A stretch of DNA of 64,000 nucleotides from Pocillopora damicornis (GCF_003704095.1 NW_020846072.1:248001-312000), one strand, 5' to 3'. Counted from the stretch's first letter, positions 1-14,139 are shown. Numbers and translations are program-made. Notes: a model not told the origin generated them from the sequence alone.

Positions 1-986
1 TCATTAAATAAATATTAATTCTGGTTTACTCTCTTTCTATTCTTATGTCCATAATCACCCAGAAGGGTGAGGAGGGAGGGGGGGGGGGCATCACAGATTG
101 GAACTTTTAGGCAGGGGGAATCTCAAAAGCCAAAATTTCTGAAAGAAAGAATTGATTCATAAACAAAGAAACTCTTCAGTATTTCAGGAGTGTAGAGGAT
201 TAAAACTGTAAAACACTCTCAAAGAAGGCGAGGATGTTCCATGGCACAACTCATTACTGACTCCATTATTTTATTGATTTCTATTCATGCTACCACTTAA
301 AAAAAGTTTTTCTGAATCTAAATGACAAATGTAATGAATTAATTTGCTAAACCTAGTTTGAGCTTATCTTGCTAAGGAGTGTTTGTAGCTTAAGCAATGG
401 ACTACTTGTTAAGGAAATCAGATGGTATCAGGCTTGAATCCTCGTCTGGGTTCAAAGGTTTTTAAATAATTTATCCAAGCTTATAACAAAAGGAAGTCAA
501 GTATTTCTTTGAGGTACTTGTTTCTTTTGTCAATTAGGATTCAATGTAGTGTGAAACACAATGTTGACATTAAGCTACTTCTCACAACTTGAAAGGTGTC
601 AATTGATAGTTTGAAATTTTATGCAGACATATGAAAGGCGAGACTCTGGTGTAATAGATTACTAACAAAATCTTTGAGGAAGCTTCCTTTCTCTTTCATT
701 GGGGCTGCTTGTTTCTGTCAAGGTAGGGAAGGGCTCATTGTTGGGTTCTAGTGTGATCAGTAACCATGGAAGGCTATCATTTAAAGTAGTCAGAGTGCTT
801 TTTACCACAAACTGTAAGCTAAGAATTAATTTGTCTAAACAGTAATAGAAGATTAATTCAATGGGCATGTCTTTTACTTCAGAACTCTATTTTTAGATTC
901 CCATTGAAGCGGTTAGGAAAATGTATTTGTACAGTTTGACTAATTGAAATCTTGTCATACAACCTTGCATCCACCTCATCCCACAC

Positions 987-1381
987 TTAACCCATTGGTC
1001 CCTAAAATCAGTTTGCATATTCTCCATACTGTTCTTTGTACATTTCCTGATATTTGTCAACCTATTAACCCTTTAACTCCCAAGATCTCAATGTTAATTC
1101 TCCTTACTGTCTGCCTAATGATTCTCATTATAGTAGTTTGGAGAATCTGGTATCAGATCAATTTGTGATCCCATAATTGATATTTTCCTTTATTCTCATC
1201 ACCTATCTGCCTGATGTTGTATAGATAGAGTAAGGAGAAATTCTGTCTTCGTCACTAATGAAAGTTAAAGGGTTAAGAGCTTCTTTTAAAAGGTGTTGAT
1301 CATTTCCTTTATTCTCATGACCTTGGTGTTTGATTCAGCATAGAAATAAGATGCTAATCACTCTCAGGGGTTAAAGGATAA
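987..1381. mobile_element. Nested TTAA-flanked MITEs: family B (1065-1276) inside family A
   Basis: The inner element has TTAA-CCCTTTAACT...AGTTAAAGGG-TTAA termini. The outer halves match the family A copy at 18673-18884. Confidence 0.8.
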
Positions 1382-1747
1382 CCAGGAAGTGACAAGTGAT
1401 GGCTCAATCTTCAATGCAAAAATGAGCACAAAAATAGTTGTCACTGTTGTATTTCTAATTTCAGATTAATCGGGTCATTGTGAGCATTCAATAAATTTCT
1501 ACACATTCCATGTCTTTGTTTTAAAAAAATTTATTTCAATATCACCTAAATAACCCATCCTTATACAATTAATTTTGTTTCATTTTCAAAATATTTGATT
1601 CAGTAAAACCCTGTGTTATGTAAAAATATAGAAAATTAATGATTTCATATAGTCTAAATTCAAGGTAACCTGTTAAAAAATCCTGTAAAAAAGGTAAAAC
1701 ATTATCTCTGAGATAACCAGTAAAACAGTATTTACAACAATCATCAT

Positions 1748-4700
1748 TCACATAATGACACTTAAACTCATGCTTCTGTTAACTTTCTGTCCTATGACTC
1801 TAGAGTTACGGGTTTGAGACCCAAGTCCTATTTTACGCTGAGGAGAGTTCTTTTGTTGTACTCTTGCCTCCTCCAGCTCCCTAAAAGGAAAAAATAAAAA
1901 TACTCTGTTGAAAGTATTCTTTTGATAGATCAGTTATTTTTAGTTGAAACAAATAATCTGTGAGACTTTGCTGCAAAGGAGGTCTGCTCATAGCCTAGCT
2001 TCTATTTATAGTCAGAGAGTGACAGTTTAATAAGAAAAGGCTGCAAAATTTTTCTTTAAATTAATTATGAAAACTTTCCTTTGAACAACCACTTCCAGGG
2101 CATGTTAGAATGACAAGCCAAAATAGGAAGGACAAACTGCGATTGCTTATTCATGGTCTACTTTACTGATGTTTTTTTAATATTTTGATTTCTGAGAGGT
2201 GCAACATCATTTGTTATATCTTCATAAGAACAATTGAGATTCACTCTACCTGGATAAGACTTCATTTTTAAATTTTTCAGCATTCAGTTCCTTTCTGAGT
2301 TGGGCCTGTGAAATGAAAAACTAAGCATGAAGTGCTACATGACAAAATACTGTTTTCTGGTTTTCTGAATGAATCTGTGTTCTATATTTGAGTCAGTTGA
2401 AGTAAACTTTGATGATCAATTATACTTAGCTTACCTTGGATTTTGCTGCAAGAGGACAAAGAACTGGATGTTGTGTCAGGGCTGTGGCAGATGGTCGGTC
2501 TTTAGCCACAGGGTTAATCATTAGCTGTAACAAGGAGTAAATTTGTAAGAATTTTTTCCATTTTATTTGTTCAATCATTTCCACAGTTGTCATTAACCTT
2601 CAAACAACCTTCAGATATTTCCTGAGTCAGGTTGACTTAAAAACACTAAAGAAGTGATTATTACTAATGTGTGTAAATCGATAGCAGAACAAAATTGCAG
2701 TAACTGAGAATGTAGTACTCTAAAACTACAATTTTGGGCCCGTGGGTTTCACTGAATAAGAGCCCTGGCTGGTACCAACCTTTAATAGTGAATTCATTTC
2801 TTTTGAGATTTTCTCAAGATTTTGTAGTTGGCCTCTCCTAGGGGAGATAAGAACAAACAAAATGACTTTCCCTGTTTGTTGAAATGCAATACTACTAAGT
2901 GAAGATATTTAAAGTGAAAGTGCATTAAGTTACTGATAAATATGTATCCTACACTTGCAAGTAGCAGGGGCCTTAAAAAGATATGAGTGATGGAAAGGGT
3001 ACCAAGATGTTGCTTTAATGGGTTGTAGTACATTAATTTTTACCCTTAAGAAGTGAACATTCTTAAGTAACAATTAACACCTTTAGTGATTTATTATATG
3101 AAAGTTACAGGGAGGTTAGCTGCATACCTGATTTCATGCCATTCTTCACCATTCTTTGGAAGTTCTGGCCCTCCACCCTGACAGGAAAATTAATGCATTA
3201 TATCAAATTCTATTTTGTTTTGGTGTAGTAGTGATAAATTAACCCTCATGCTTATCACTTTCTGTTGCTTTTTCATTCCCTTCTGTTTTTAAAAGTTAGT
3301 GAGTCTTGGACACCAATTTCCATCCATTATAGCCTTTAGAAGGAAGGATTTCATGGCAAGTTCAAAAGCCACGACCAAATGTAATTTAATTAATTTTTTT
3401 ACTAACATAGTAGTTTATAAGTGTGTAAGGGTATACTCACAGCTAGAAAAACCGTCAGTGCTAGAGCAAAAATGTCAGCTTTAGGTAAGGCAGAATAATC
3501 CTAAAATGGAATTGAAGCACATGTGTTAGAGTGGTAAAAAGCTATGTGGAGGCAACTGTATTTTGATATTGTGAAGGAAGTTGTTATAGTTGGTTGAACT
3601 TACTTCTTGTAGTATTTCATTGGGCAAAAATCTACAGTCACCTTCTTCCACTTGAGGACTACTCACTGATGTAACATGACCCAAGTCACCTTTAAAAAAA
3701 ATTGATCACACAGCTAAGTAAATTCATGTGCCAAAAGTTGGGCTGACAGGGGTAAGCTTTTACAAAATTGTGCAGCACTCTGCTGATAGGATAATCTCTG
3801 AATAAATGAAATACTCTTCAACTTAAGGTAAGGAAAAATGAAATTGTTGCCAATTGGTTTAGAAGTAATAACCACAAAAACAGAAAGAGTTGTTTGGTGA
3901 TATCTATGCTAAAGTACATACTAAAGCATATGCATGTTTTTGCCAGGGTAGTTTTTGGCTTCAAATTGGCTCAGTCATTCTTCCTATTTGAGTAAGCTAA
4001 GGATGACAGTGATTGACACTGATTCATGTTGCTAAATTGTATACAAGCTAACCCACATGCTTAGATATTAACAACTGATTAAGGCATTTAATTGATTAAT
4101 GTAGCTGAAGCAACACAGCCAGTCTAAATTCATTTCAGTCCATTGTAATTCAAAGACAATTCAGCTCATGTAGTAAGGAAAAGCATCTGAGCTGGTCTAA
4201 GGGTAAACTCCAATGTACCTATTTTATAAAGTGGTGTTCTTTTCCTTGGGCCTGGGGTGTCATTTTCATCAAATCCTTCATCACCACTGTGATTGCATTC
4301 ATCAATACCTGAGCTGTAACTGATAAATATGTTCCCTGAAAGACACAAATGAATTAAGACTTGGTGGAAAATGTTACAATTAAATTGTCATCTTATGGCA
4401 TGAAGTATTTAAATGCAGAAAGCATAACTATTTTTATGAAAATAACCATGCAGGCTCTAAATATCCCTGAATGTACACAGCATTGAGAATAACATACCAG
4501 GTTTGATATCCATATGAACCAAAGCCAGTGAGTGGATATACTTCAGACCCTACACAAAAAAGGAGTAAGTTCAGGCATGGTGACATGCAAATATAAAAAT
4601 CATGTTATCTCTATAACAGTTTAGGTCACAAGTACCTCAGCTATTTGTATGAGAAGCTGTTTTAATTCTCCTTCTGCCATAGCTTCATTTTGTTTTGCAT

Positions 4701-7460
4701 TTCTTTCAATCACGTCAGCCAGACTTCCCCCTAAAAAGAATGTAAAGATTTCTATGTAACAAAGAGTAAAACAAAATCTAGTTGTACACTATTAGTTACT
4801 GCACCCAGCAAGTGACAGCAAGAACCCATCAACAGATGGTGTTATTTGAAGATAATAAATGATGTACATTGTATCTCACACCTTCACAGTACTCATTCTG
4901 TATCAACATGTGTCCATCTTCTGCCCATGCAGAGTAATATCGTACGACATGAGGATTCTTTCCTAGGACAGCATGGGCATACACCTCACGCATCGCATTT
5001 TGCCTGCAGAAAAACAAAACATTAATAAAGAATGAGATCAGATTACAAGTGAACAGATTTATGGCTTCTGAAGAATCTTTTTCAATTAGAGAAGACAATC
5101 TCATTTTAATGCTTTTTGATATACAATATAAGGACAGCAAACTAATGGGAGAAAGTTGGTAACTGCCCATGAAAATTAAAATTAGTTGTGGCCTTTTCTT
5201 GCAGCTATCAAAAATGACATTATGTCAATTTTAGAAGACACTGCACAAATCTAATCTACACTAATCAGGTAGGTGGAAAAGAACGGGGAAAGGAAACACA
5301 AACAGTAGAGCGGTTGCAGCTCTGTGCTTTACAAGAGATGACTGGAGGCTGTATTATGCTCACAGCCCTGAACAGAGGAAAATTTATCCTGACTTGTGAA
5401 ACTACAGCTTAGTTATTCAAAACATACTTCAATAATTTTAGAACTTCTTATCTTTTCTTACATTATCCTCATCTTAGTTTATCTCACTCTGATTGTTCCT
5501 TCCTGTACTTACTCATCAATAGAACCAGCTACTGGTTTCAGAGACCGCTTCAATGCATAGATGCATCCATCTAGAATCAATCACAAATTTGTTTAGTAGC
5601 CATTTTAAGCATTGCACTCATTGTACATGCATATTTATGCACTGATCATGACTTCCTGCAACCTTCCAATCAAAGCAGGCTACCTAAGACAATTTGTGCT
5701 GAGATCACAACCCAGCTTTCCAAGTAAATAACTAATTCAATAAGTTATTGAGTTGTAATTATGAGATCAGAATGAAGCACAAACCTGTTTTTATCATTAG
5801 GATCCTGATCACCCCACTTGTCAAGGTGGTTAGTGATTATAGGGGAAAGGGGGTACTTTGATCAATTTTTGCTGAGTACAGGTTTGTATGTGCACCTGGC
5901 CTCTCGATGCCCTTACCCCATAATAGTCTATTCTCTGGCCAATAATTGTAGACCCACCTTAGTCACTTTAGGTGGTAAAGTAACAACTTTTCAAACACAA
6001 ATCTTTCTATTTTTAAATTATATCCAGAATTTTCTTATCACCAAAATTCCAAAAATTTGCAATGTCATTCCAGGCCATCCAGTCAGAAAATGCAACCTTA
6101 TCCAGCAGTAAATTACCATTAGCCTATTACTCAGAGGTACTCCCCCCTCCCCCCCACCACCTGTGATAACTCTCTCTGGTTTTGGTTGCTTCAGAAAACA
6201 TGGAAAGTAAGCTCAACAAAAAATGAACAGTAAATTTGATGCTCACCTAGTCTGTTTAGACATTTATGTACAGAGCCAAACTGGCCAGATCCTATTGTGC
6301 TTATTTCAACAAATTCTGCATTGTAACGCGAAATGTTACTCTCATGGAGTGCAAGTCTCTGGAGATTGAACAAAGAAATTAAAGTTGTAATATACATTAT
6401 GCTCATGTTGTGTCTAGGGAACAAGGAGCATAATACTACCGGATGGTTACCTTAGCTGGGTTTCCAAATATTTCGTCATCATCATCGTCCATATCTTCAT
6501 CGTCATTATCATTACAAATTGAGCCATTCCTGAAAAAGAATTGTATTGTTACTTTACTATAGGCTTTTTCAATTACAAATCAAAATCACTGTCAAGATCA
6601 CAATCATAAATTTTATGAAAACACGCATTTTCTCCAAAGAAAAAGAAAACACTTCATCAATGCTGACTTGTCCCTCTTGTAACATAGGAGTGCAGATGTG
6701 TGTGGGGTGGGAGGGAGGATGACACTCCGGTTCTGATTTGGTTGTCAAGAGATCATTGGGTACCAATTAGGCGTCAGATGGTAAATCAAATCCAGCAAGC
6801 TGAATTACCAACCGAGAGCCCTTTCACCTCCGACACTTAAGAACTGATTTATGATGCAAATCTAATGGTGTAATATGATCTAGAGGAACCACAACAATCA
6901 TAAAAGAAGCATATGCAGTTTTTGCATCTCTCTTTAAAAAGGAAGTCTGAAACCAACCTTCCTTCTCCTTGTCTTGCTCGCTTCGCACCAATGGCTGAGT
7001 CTGGAGTAAACGGGTTCACGTTTGCAGTTACCTGGCGAGATCGCGGTCCCATTCGGGGTTCACTTTCAAATCCACGACCTTTTAGTAAGCCACGGCGCAG
7101 TCTCGACACAGGCCTTTTAAAATCCATTGTGCGATTCACATTGGACGAACGTTCAAGTAAACTTTTTGGCGTCTGAGGTGAGTCGAACAAGCGAAGCGCA
7201 CCCAGTGAAGGAGGCGACAGAGGCGGAGTAGTACAACCACTCATTTTGGCTTTTTCCGGTGATTCATCTGACATGCAATCTCTAAAAGGACTTGAAAAGC
7301 CAAGATCCCAACCCTCGTCTGTGAATTCGGGTGATACTGGTGCAATGAGCCGAGAAGGACTACAACCGCTGTTGGCGTCGGTGGAAGACCTGTCCATTTC
7401 ACAATCGTCTTCTTCTAGGACGAATGGAAGGCGTCCCGGTCGAGCTTTTGTGCACGCCAT
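1748..7460 (-). CDS. WEE1: Wee1-like protein kinase, 15 coding exons, 556 aa
   Basis: Exons (GT-AG, phases consistent, total 1671 nt): 6958-7460, 6451-6529, 6247-6358, 5513-5570, 4882-5003, 4636-4730, 4498-4549, 4219-4335, 3604-3689, 3441-3500, 3128-3177, 2780-2837, 2435-2524, 2250-2305, 1748-1880. Motifs: [73 protein letters not shown]-terminal [12 protein letters not shown] and NRSMS. Confidence 0.96.
5848..6146. repeat. Probable non-autonomous TIR element in a WEE1 intron
   Basis: Begins GGGGGGTACT and ends GGTACTCCCCC (short imperfect inverted termini). Interior is GC-richer than the flanking intron. Confidence 0.4.
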
Positions 7461-8236
7461 CAAACCAAGTGGTAATAAACTATTCAAGTACGTTTCAAGA
7501 ACTATTTCGGTAGATTTGGAATTGCAGTAAATTGACGAGCAAAATGGAACAAAAATCCAAGGCCTTTAGCAGAATGAATGGCGAAGTGTGAAAAATGTAA
7601 AGTACAACGGTGTTGTGAAACAAACAAACGTTTAATCTAGCCAATCACAGAGGTTAAAGTCATGTGACTTTGCCAAATTGGCGGGAAGGTGGTAGTCATT
7701 TACTTCCCCTCCCCTGCTCTATCCAAACGAATGAAACAATTCAAACTAATGGATATTTTTTTTTGCCATCTATTGCCTAGTCTTCCTTTCTGTAAAGGGA
7801 ATTTAAACGGAAGAATTATTCGGTTTGACCACCCCGTTTATAGACAAAATAGGATTGTTATTTATATCCAGGAAGAAAGCTGAATGCCAATGATATCGTG
7901 TGATTAAATTTTATGGGCGGAACTCGAAATTTATGATATTTAAAGGAAATGCTATGGCACTAAATGTATTTCCTGAAGTTGCTATGGCACAACAGTGTTT
8001 TGCTTTCGATTTGCGGAAAATTTGAAAGAGAGAGGCTTTGAGGTCATGTCAGGCTGGAAGGAAAAGCGTTAATCTGTCCCGGAGGAACTGGGTACCAATG
8101 ATATGCCAAGAATTGTCCCCTCCACCCATAGTTGTGTTCCACTCCTTGAAGTTCTACAAATTTACATCGTCGAAGTATTCGCCTTCAAATAAGGCTTCGT
8201 TCTGTTATCTAAAATTGCTGTTGCAGATTTCAAGAT
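7461..8236. promoter_or_regulatory. Putative bidirectional promoter between WEE1 and the RRAS2-like gene
   Basis: The two start codons diverge 776 bp apart. The interval contains a CCAAT box (AGCCAATCA, ~7639-7647), an E-box in GTCATGTGAC (7659-7668) and an E2F-type site TTGGCGGGAA (7678-7687). Confidence 0.6.
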
Positions 8237-11200
8237 ATGGCCAAACCTGGGGATGCTGACAAACAGTATAAGTTGGTTGTGGTCGGAGGTGGAGGAGTCG
8301 GTAAATCTGCGTTAACGATTCAGTTTATTCAATCTCATTTTGTCAGTGACTATGATCCTACGATCGAAGACAGCTATCGTAAACAGTGTGTCATCGACGA
8401 AAAAGTCGCTCATTTAGACAGTAAGTGAAGCTTTTGTGTTGTTTTTTACTGAAATCATCCACAGAAAAAACGGCGTGATCACACTGATCGCACGGGTTGA
8501 TCTTGGGGAGTGTCAGCGTTCGAGTCACTACACGGCCCAGGAAAATCGAAGAATATGTGCAGTCTAATATCCTTGCAATTCATTTTCAGCATTTTTGGGG
8601 AACATATGTGATCTCTATTTGTACATGAATTTGTTTTTCCACTTATTTTGACACACACGAACGATATAAAAGTATTTTAGATTTGGAACAGAAGCGTCGT
8701 TGAGGATTCCGGATAGATTTACCATGGAAATAATAGCCTCAATTTCACACTTTCGTGTTTGGGAATGGGAGCAAATATTCTGACGGGGACTCGATGAGCG
8801 GAGACCACAACAATGTCTTTTAATAGAAAATTACAGTTGTTTTACATTCTTTCTGAAGACTTCCTTCGACCGCAAAAATAAAACGTCATTTTGGCCAAAG
8901 TAGGGAACAGAAGAAATGCTAGCGATTAACTTTTGGAAAATAAACATATGGCTGCTTGATTTGACTGAACCATCCTGTTTATAAGAATGCGATGGCTCCA
9001 TGACCTTTAGCAAAAAGACAATGTCCATCGAGAGCCTAAAATAAATTTCTCTCCATGGGACAAGTTTTACATGACGTGCAAACTTTAAATTGTTACGGTT
9101 TAAAATCGAAATAAAAAACTGGAACGAGATTTTTCTGATCGGATACTTATGTAAAATGTTGGCTTTTAATGAGATTTATTTGAAAGAAATGGTCTTCTCT
9201 GATCTTTATCTCCGAGACAAAGGGAGACATACTTTATTTCTATGAATATCTGCTTTTACAACTGAAATAACACTTTGTAATTATTGAGATACAACCCTTA
9301 ATGTACACCGTAAAATCCTACCTTCAAGGGTATCACATTTCGTGAAGAAAATCTAGGTAACCTTTATTGTATTAGTTTTTTTTAATTGAAATTGGTTATT
9401 CTCTTGCATCAATTAATTAGGTGAATCTAGCAAAGAAATATTTTTGTTTTTAATCAAAATAATTTTAAGAAATTAATTGAAATATTTTCATATTTGTTAC
9501 TTAATTGCTATACTTTCCCCATCAAATAACAAGTTTTAGTGGTAGACAGAACAATAAATCAATATATTAAATGCTTATGATATTTTAGGCAAAATAATAC
9601 TGGAACATTTTATTAGGAAATCTATCTTGCTGTGGGTTCCTGCCCATTACTCAGACTTGATATGATTTTTATTGACATCAATCAGATGTTTTAGCATATT
9701 TTTCTTTCCTGTCATTTAAAATTTTGACTGATACAAACCCTTTAAATGTTCTTTCTGCATTCCCCCCTTTGACTTACTATTGTTTCAATGAAAATGAAAT
9801 TATTTTATCAATACATTATCTATTTAAAAAATTTATTTGCAGCCTAGAAGCTTCCTTAGGTTTCCTTCAATTTTTAATTTCATTTTTATTATTACTATTC
9901 ATGGGAAGTTTAAACTAGCAGGGTTCTGTTATACCAGTAAAACACTTTTGGTGCACTGAATGTTTACTGGAAAAAAACAGGCATGACAAGCATGTGATTT
10001 TACCTTTGTCAACAAAATGAAGTTTGTTTTAAGCTGTTATAACCCCCTTTTGTTAATTGTTTCCTCTGCAGTTCTTGATACAGCTGGTCAAGAGGTAAGA
10101 ATTGATTAAATAATATTCTTCTCTGTAACAATTTTTTCCTGTAGGTGGTATAACAATGCATATCATTTTCTATATTGCTATGGATTATTCTATTATTTCA
10201 CACTACAAATGGAATGCAAATGGATAATCTCTTCCACATGATGGCTCAGGCTGCAACAAATAATTCTTTTTTGATAAACAAATTTTTTTACCTTGTGTAC
10301 AAGTGATAAACTTGTACAAAAACATCAAACATTAACAGGTTAAATAAGTTAGTCTTCTATGTTTCTCCTATTAGGAATTTAGTGCGATGAGAGAACAATA
10401 CATGCGGAATGGTGAAGGATTTTTATTAGTTTTCTCAGTGATAGATCGTTCAAGGTTTGTAATCATATAAACATTGAATGAAAATTTTATTTTCTTTTGT
10501 ATTATTTTCCCCCCTTTTTATTTTATTCACCTTCTTTTTTTTTTTGTCTTTTTTTATTTTCTTTTCTTTGTTTCCTTACATCTTCAAGAAAGCAAAAGTA
10601 TTTACAGATTGACAATTTTAATTTGGCATTTTACTGACATGGAACTAGTTTTGATTTTTCATTTAAAAGACCCTTAATAGGCTGGCTTTGAAAATGTTGA
10701 AATCTATGGAATCAGTTGTGCCCTTGTGTACTCCTCTTTTTCTGTGTGGCCTTAGCTTCTGGAGATGCATCATCAGTAATTGCCTTTTGTTTACCCAGGG
10801 TTGCTGATAGATTTTTTTTGGAGGAGTTAGGGATTTGATATAATGTTATGAATTAGCAGAAACTTCCACAGTGCAGATAGTACTCAAGGAGACCAAACAA
10901 ACCAACTGACCTGCTCACTCCACTTGTAGGAAACCTCTGATCTGTATTTTTTTAAACTTTTTCAGCTTTGAAGAAGTAAAGCGCACATTTCACCCACAAA
11001 TACTTCGTGTGAAAGACAGGTGTGTTGTGGAGCCTTCTTACTGTGCTCTCAGTGCTTTAATGAAATGAATGTGTGAGGTCTGATTCATTTATATATTTCT
11101 AACTGATGACATGTCACATGTACTTTTTCATTTAAAGTAATAGATTTGCATTCTACTTTACAGTTTCAAAGCCATATTTACAACAGTCTTAACTGTTGAT

Positions 11201-13582
11201 CCCCTAAGAGTGACCAGCTTCTAACTTCTCCTTACAATATCACCCCTGAATCAAAAATTGAGGTCAGGAGACTAAAGGAATCTTAGGAAATGTATTAAGA
11301 GGGGTATGGAGAATTTGCATACAGATGTTAGGCTGTAAAAGGTTAAAGTCATAGCTGACAGGGCTGTGTTTCTACTTATAGTTTTCTCAAATGTTTCTGT
11401 GTTGTTATCCTTTTTGTAGGTCAGAGTTCCCAATGATTTTGGTTGGAAACAAGTCTGACTTAGAACCAGAAAGAACAGTAAGTCACCCAGAAATAAAAGA
11501 TCAGTTATGCAGTAAATAACTAATTATGAACTGAAAGTCCTGAATGGTAAATACCTCTAGCAACGATACATAAATCTTTTAGTCTCTGAAAACGTGGATC
11601 CATTGTATGGAAGGGAAATTTCCCACCAACCCAGGAATTTGGTGGCATTGATCATTGAGTATTGATCATAAGGGCACAGTGTCACCCAGGAAAAATCTAT
11701 ATTTAGCTATGGAAGGGGCCAGGGATACCTGTTAAAGGTTTATCAGTGTTGAGATACTTGTAATTAAAGTCTTTTTGTAATTTCAGGGCAAAGGATAGAC
11801 ATCTTAAGAGGGTATCATGCATTTACTTAATAAGGAAACAGAATCTAGATACCCTGTTGCACTGTTTCCATAGCAAGAAGCTGTTCCTTTTCCATTCTAA
11901 TGCAGAACATAGTGTAAAATCAATTAAGTCTACATAAAGTACCTAAGGCACTTATCCTTTTGTTTACTTAACCTTGTTTAGGTGTCAACATCTGAAGGCC
12001 AGGAGTTGGCTAGTGAACTCAAGGTATGCATTTATCGAGGCTGCTATCCAATAACACTCCTGAGAAATAATGGTTTTGGAGCCAAGGAGGTCTATTTTGT
12101 TATTGGCTGATGATCAAAAACTTGAAGAAAAATCAGCTCTCTCAATCCTAATGTCAATTTTCTGCTTGGTCTGACTGTCTTTTCTTATAGTTTTAGCTTT
12201 TAGAATGCAGTATTAACCCTCTAACTCCCATGAGTGATCAAGACAGAACTTCTCCTTACAGTAACAATAGAACATCAGCCAGATAAGTGATGAGAATGAA
12301 GAATAATATCAATTTGGCGATAATTAATTGATATAATACTAAATTCTCTGAACTAACACTATAAGAACTGTATGGTTGACAGTAAGGAGAACGACCAATT
12401 TGATCTGGGAGTTAAAGGGTTAAGGCATGAACTATTGCAACCTTCTGGATGACATTTATATAAATGCATTACTTATAATGGAGATAAAGCTATGAATCTA
12501 ATTTTGATTTATGTAAGGCCAGTATGGTATGACTTCTTAACTTTACTTCACTTGTTGATAGCCAACCATTAATTTTTTCTCAGATTGAGTATATAGAAAC
12601 CAGTGCTAAACAAAGAACCAATGTTGATGCAGCATTTCACAACCTTGTAAGAGCTATCAGGTACCATGCCATATTTTGCCTTTTTTTTAGTGTTATTGTG
12701 GGCTGTTGTTTTTCTATATTATTTTAAACCAAAGGGTAGCTATTGTTCAGGTTGTGTTGAAGTGAAGTTCTTTAAATGGCCAATCATAACAACCTGACAC
12801 AGGCCTGGATCCAGTTGATTTATTTGTAACTGGAAAGAGGGGATTAACAGAAAATGGGGATGAAAGTAAAACAGCATTTTATACCAACAAAACATTAATG
12901 TCCACCAAAAGGATTCTATTACAAAAGAAAAGAAAATAAGATCCCAGAAAACAGATCATTAAATTCAATGTCTTGTTAAAGTGGCATTGTGGTAATTTTG
13001 CGTGACAGCCGGTTTGAGAAGTCTTGAATTTGAGTGCTGGCTGCCTCAATATGCTGTATTCTTAGGCAAGACACTTAAAAACTCTCACCCTACAATTCTC
13101 TACTAAAGAGTATAAAGGGGTACCAGAGAACAGTTAGATAAATGTGATCTATTATGGGGAGTTAACATGTGACAGTTGAGGACATCATTCAGGAGTCATA
13201 GCTATAGTCCTTGTCTGTAAATCTTTCACTTTGTGGAGTGATCATAACTTATATTCTTTTTACAAATGATCATATCCAGTGGACAGACAATGAAAATTGA
13301 GAAAATTGTTATCTAAGGATTATGGCCTTCATTAAACACCAACCTCCTAGAAACAGCCAGAAGAAAAAAATATATGATAATAAGTCAGGGAATTTTCTCC
13401 TTTAGCCAGGCAGTGAAAGATTGAATGTTAAAGAATCCAAAGCTCATGCAGGATGAGCTTATGTTCTTGGATCAGGAATCATTATTTGTTCTGTTTCTTT
13501 TTATAGAAAATTTTATGCACAGTTGGAAGAACAACAAAAGAAGAACAATCCCAGGAAGAAAAGTAGATGTTTAATTTTGTGA
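8237..13582 (+). CDS. RRAS2: R-Ras subfamily small GTPase (RRAS2/TC21-like), 8 coding exons, 197 aa
   Basis: Exons 8237-8420, 10072-10094, 10375-10454, 10966-11019, 11420-11477, 11982-12023, 12584-12660, 13507-13582 (594 nt). G1 GGGGVGKS, effector [10 protein letters not shown]3 DTAGQE, G4 NKSD, G5 ETSAK, then a polybasic tail and Caa[14 protein letters not shown] and [11 protein letters not shown] are R-Ras subfamily signatures. The exact ortholog name is less certain than the family. Confidence 0.9.
11189..11346. mobile_element. Family A TTAA MITE, internally deleted
   Basis: TTAA at both ends; interior matches 13930-14139 and the outer arms of 19195-19614. Confidence 0.7.
12213..12423. 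mobile_element. Family B TTAA MITE (piggyBac-like termini)
   Basis: TTAACCCTCTAACTCCCA...TGGGAGTTAAAGGGTTAA, 211 bp. Confidence 0.85.
13005..13130 (+). repeat. Degenerate tRNA-derived SINE-like fragment
   Basis: TGTATTCTTAGGCAAGACACTT...ACTCTCAC...GAGTATAAAGGGGTACC resembles the conserved core of metazoan SINE2-type elements (recalled from memory, not searched). Confidence 0.45.
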
Positions 13583-13929
13583 CCCTCTTCATTTAGGACG
13601 TTATATTTGTTTCAAAATCTTTATGTTAGAGCATGAGATGATTGAATAGTTGTCAAATTTCTGAACAAGGCTGTGTGCTTGTTCAGGAGGAGAGAAACAC
13701 TATAGAAGAACTATGTTTCAAGTTATTTTTGTACAAATTATGCATGTGGCGTTGGGCTAAATTAATGCATACAGGACGGCTTCTTAACAAATTACTTTTT
13801 TCAGTGTGGAGAGTGAAAGATGAGAGAAACTTGTGTGAATTCCTCGTTGTAAAAAGTCTGGTACAGACAAACCCAGACTATGCAAATAGTTGTATGAATT
13901 CGTGATATCATAACCCAATTGCTAACAAG

Positions 13930-14139
13930 CCATGGCTAACCTCTAAGAGTGATAAACATCTAATTTCTCAGAAGAGTATTTCCCCAGAATCACACATCAA
14001 GGTCATGAGAATAAAGGAAATTATCGCAAACTCAAGAAGCTTTTGATTGTTAGGCTAATTCTCCCTGTAAGTAACATCGGAAATGTGTGAGGAACAGTAT
14101 CGAGAAGTTGCATACTGATGTTGGGGTGTTAAGTGTTAA
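13930..14139. mobile_element. Family A TTAA MITE in the 3' region of the RRAS2-like gene
   Basis: Interior CTAAGAGTGA..CATCTAATTTCTC..GAATCA..AAGGTCATGAGAATAAAGGAAAT is shared with the other A copies; the right end is TTAA. Confidence 0.7.
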
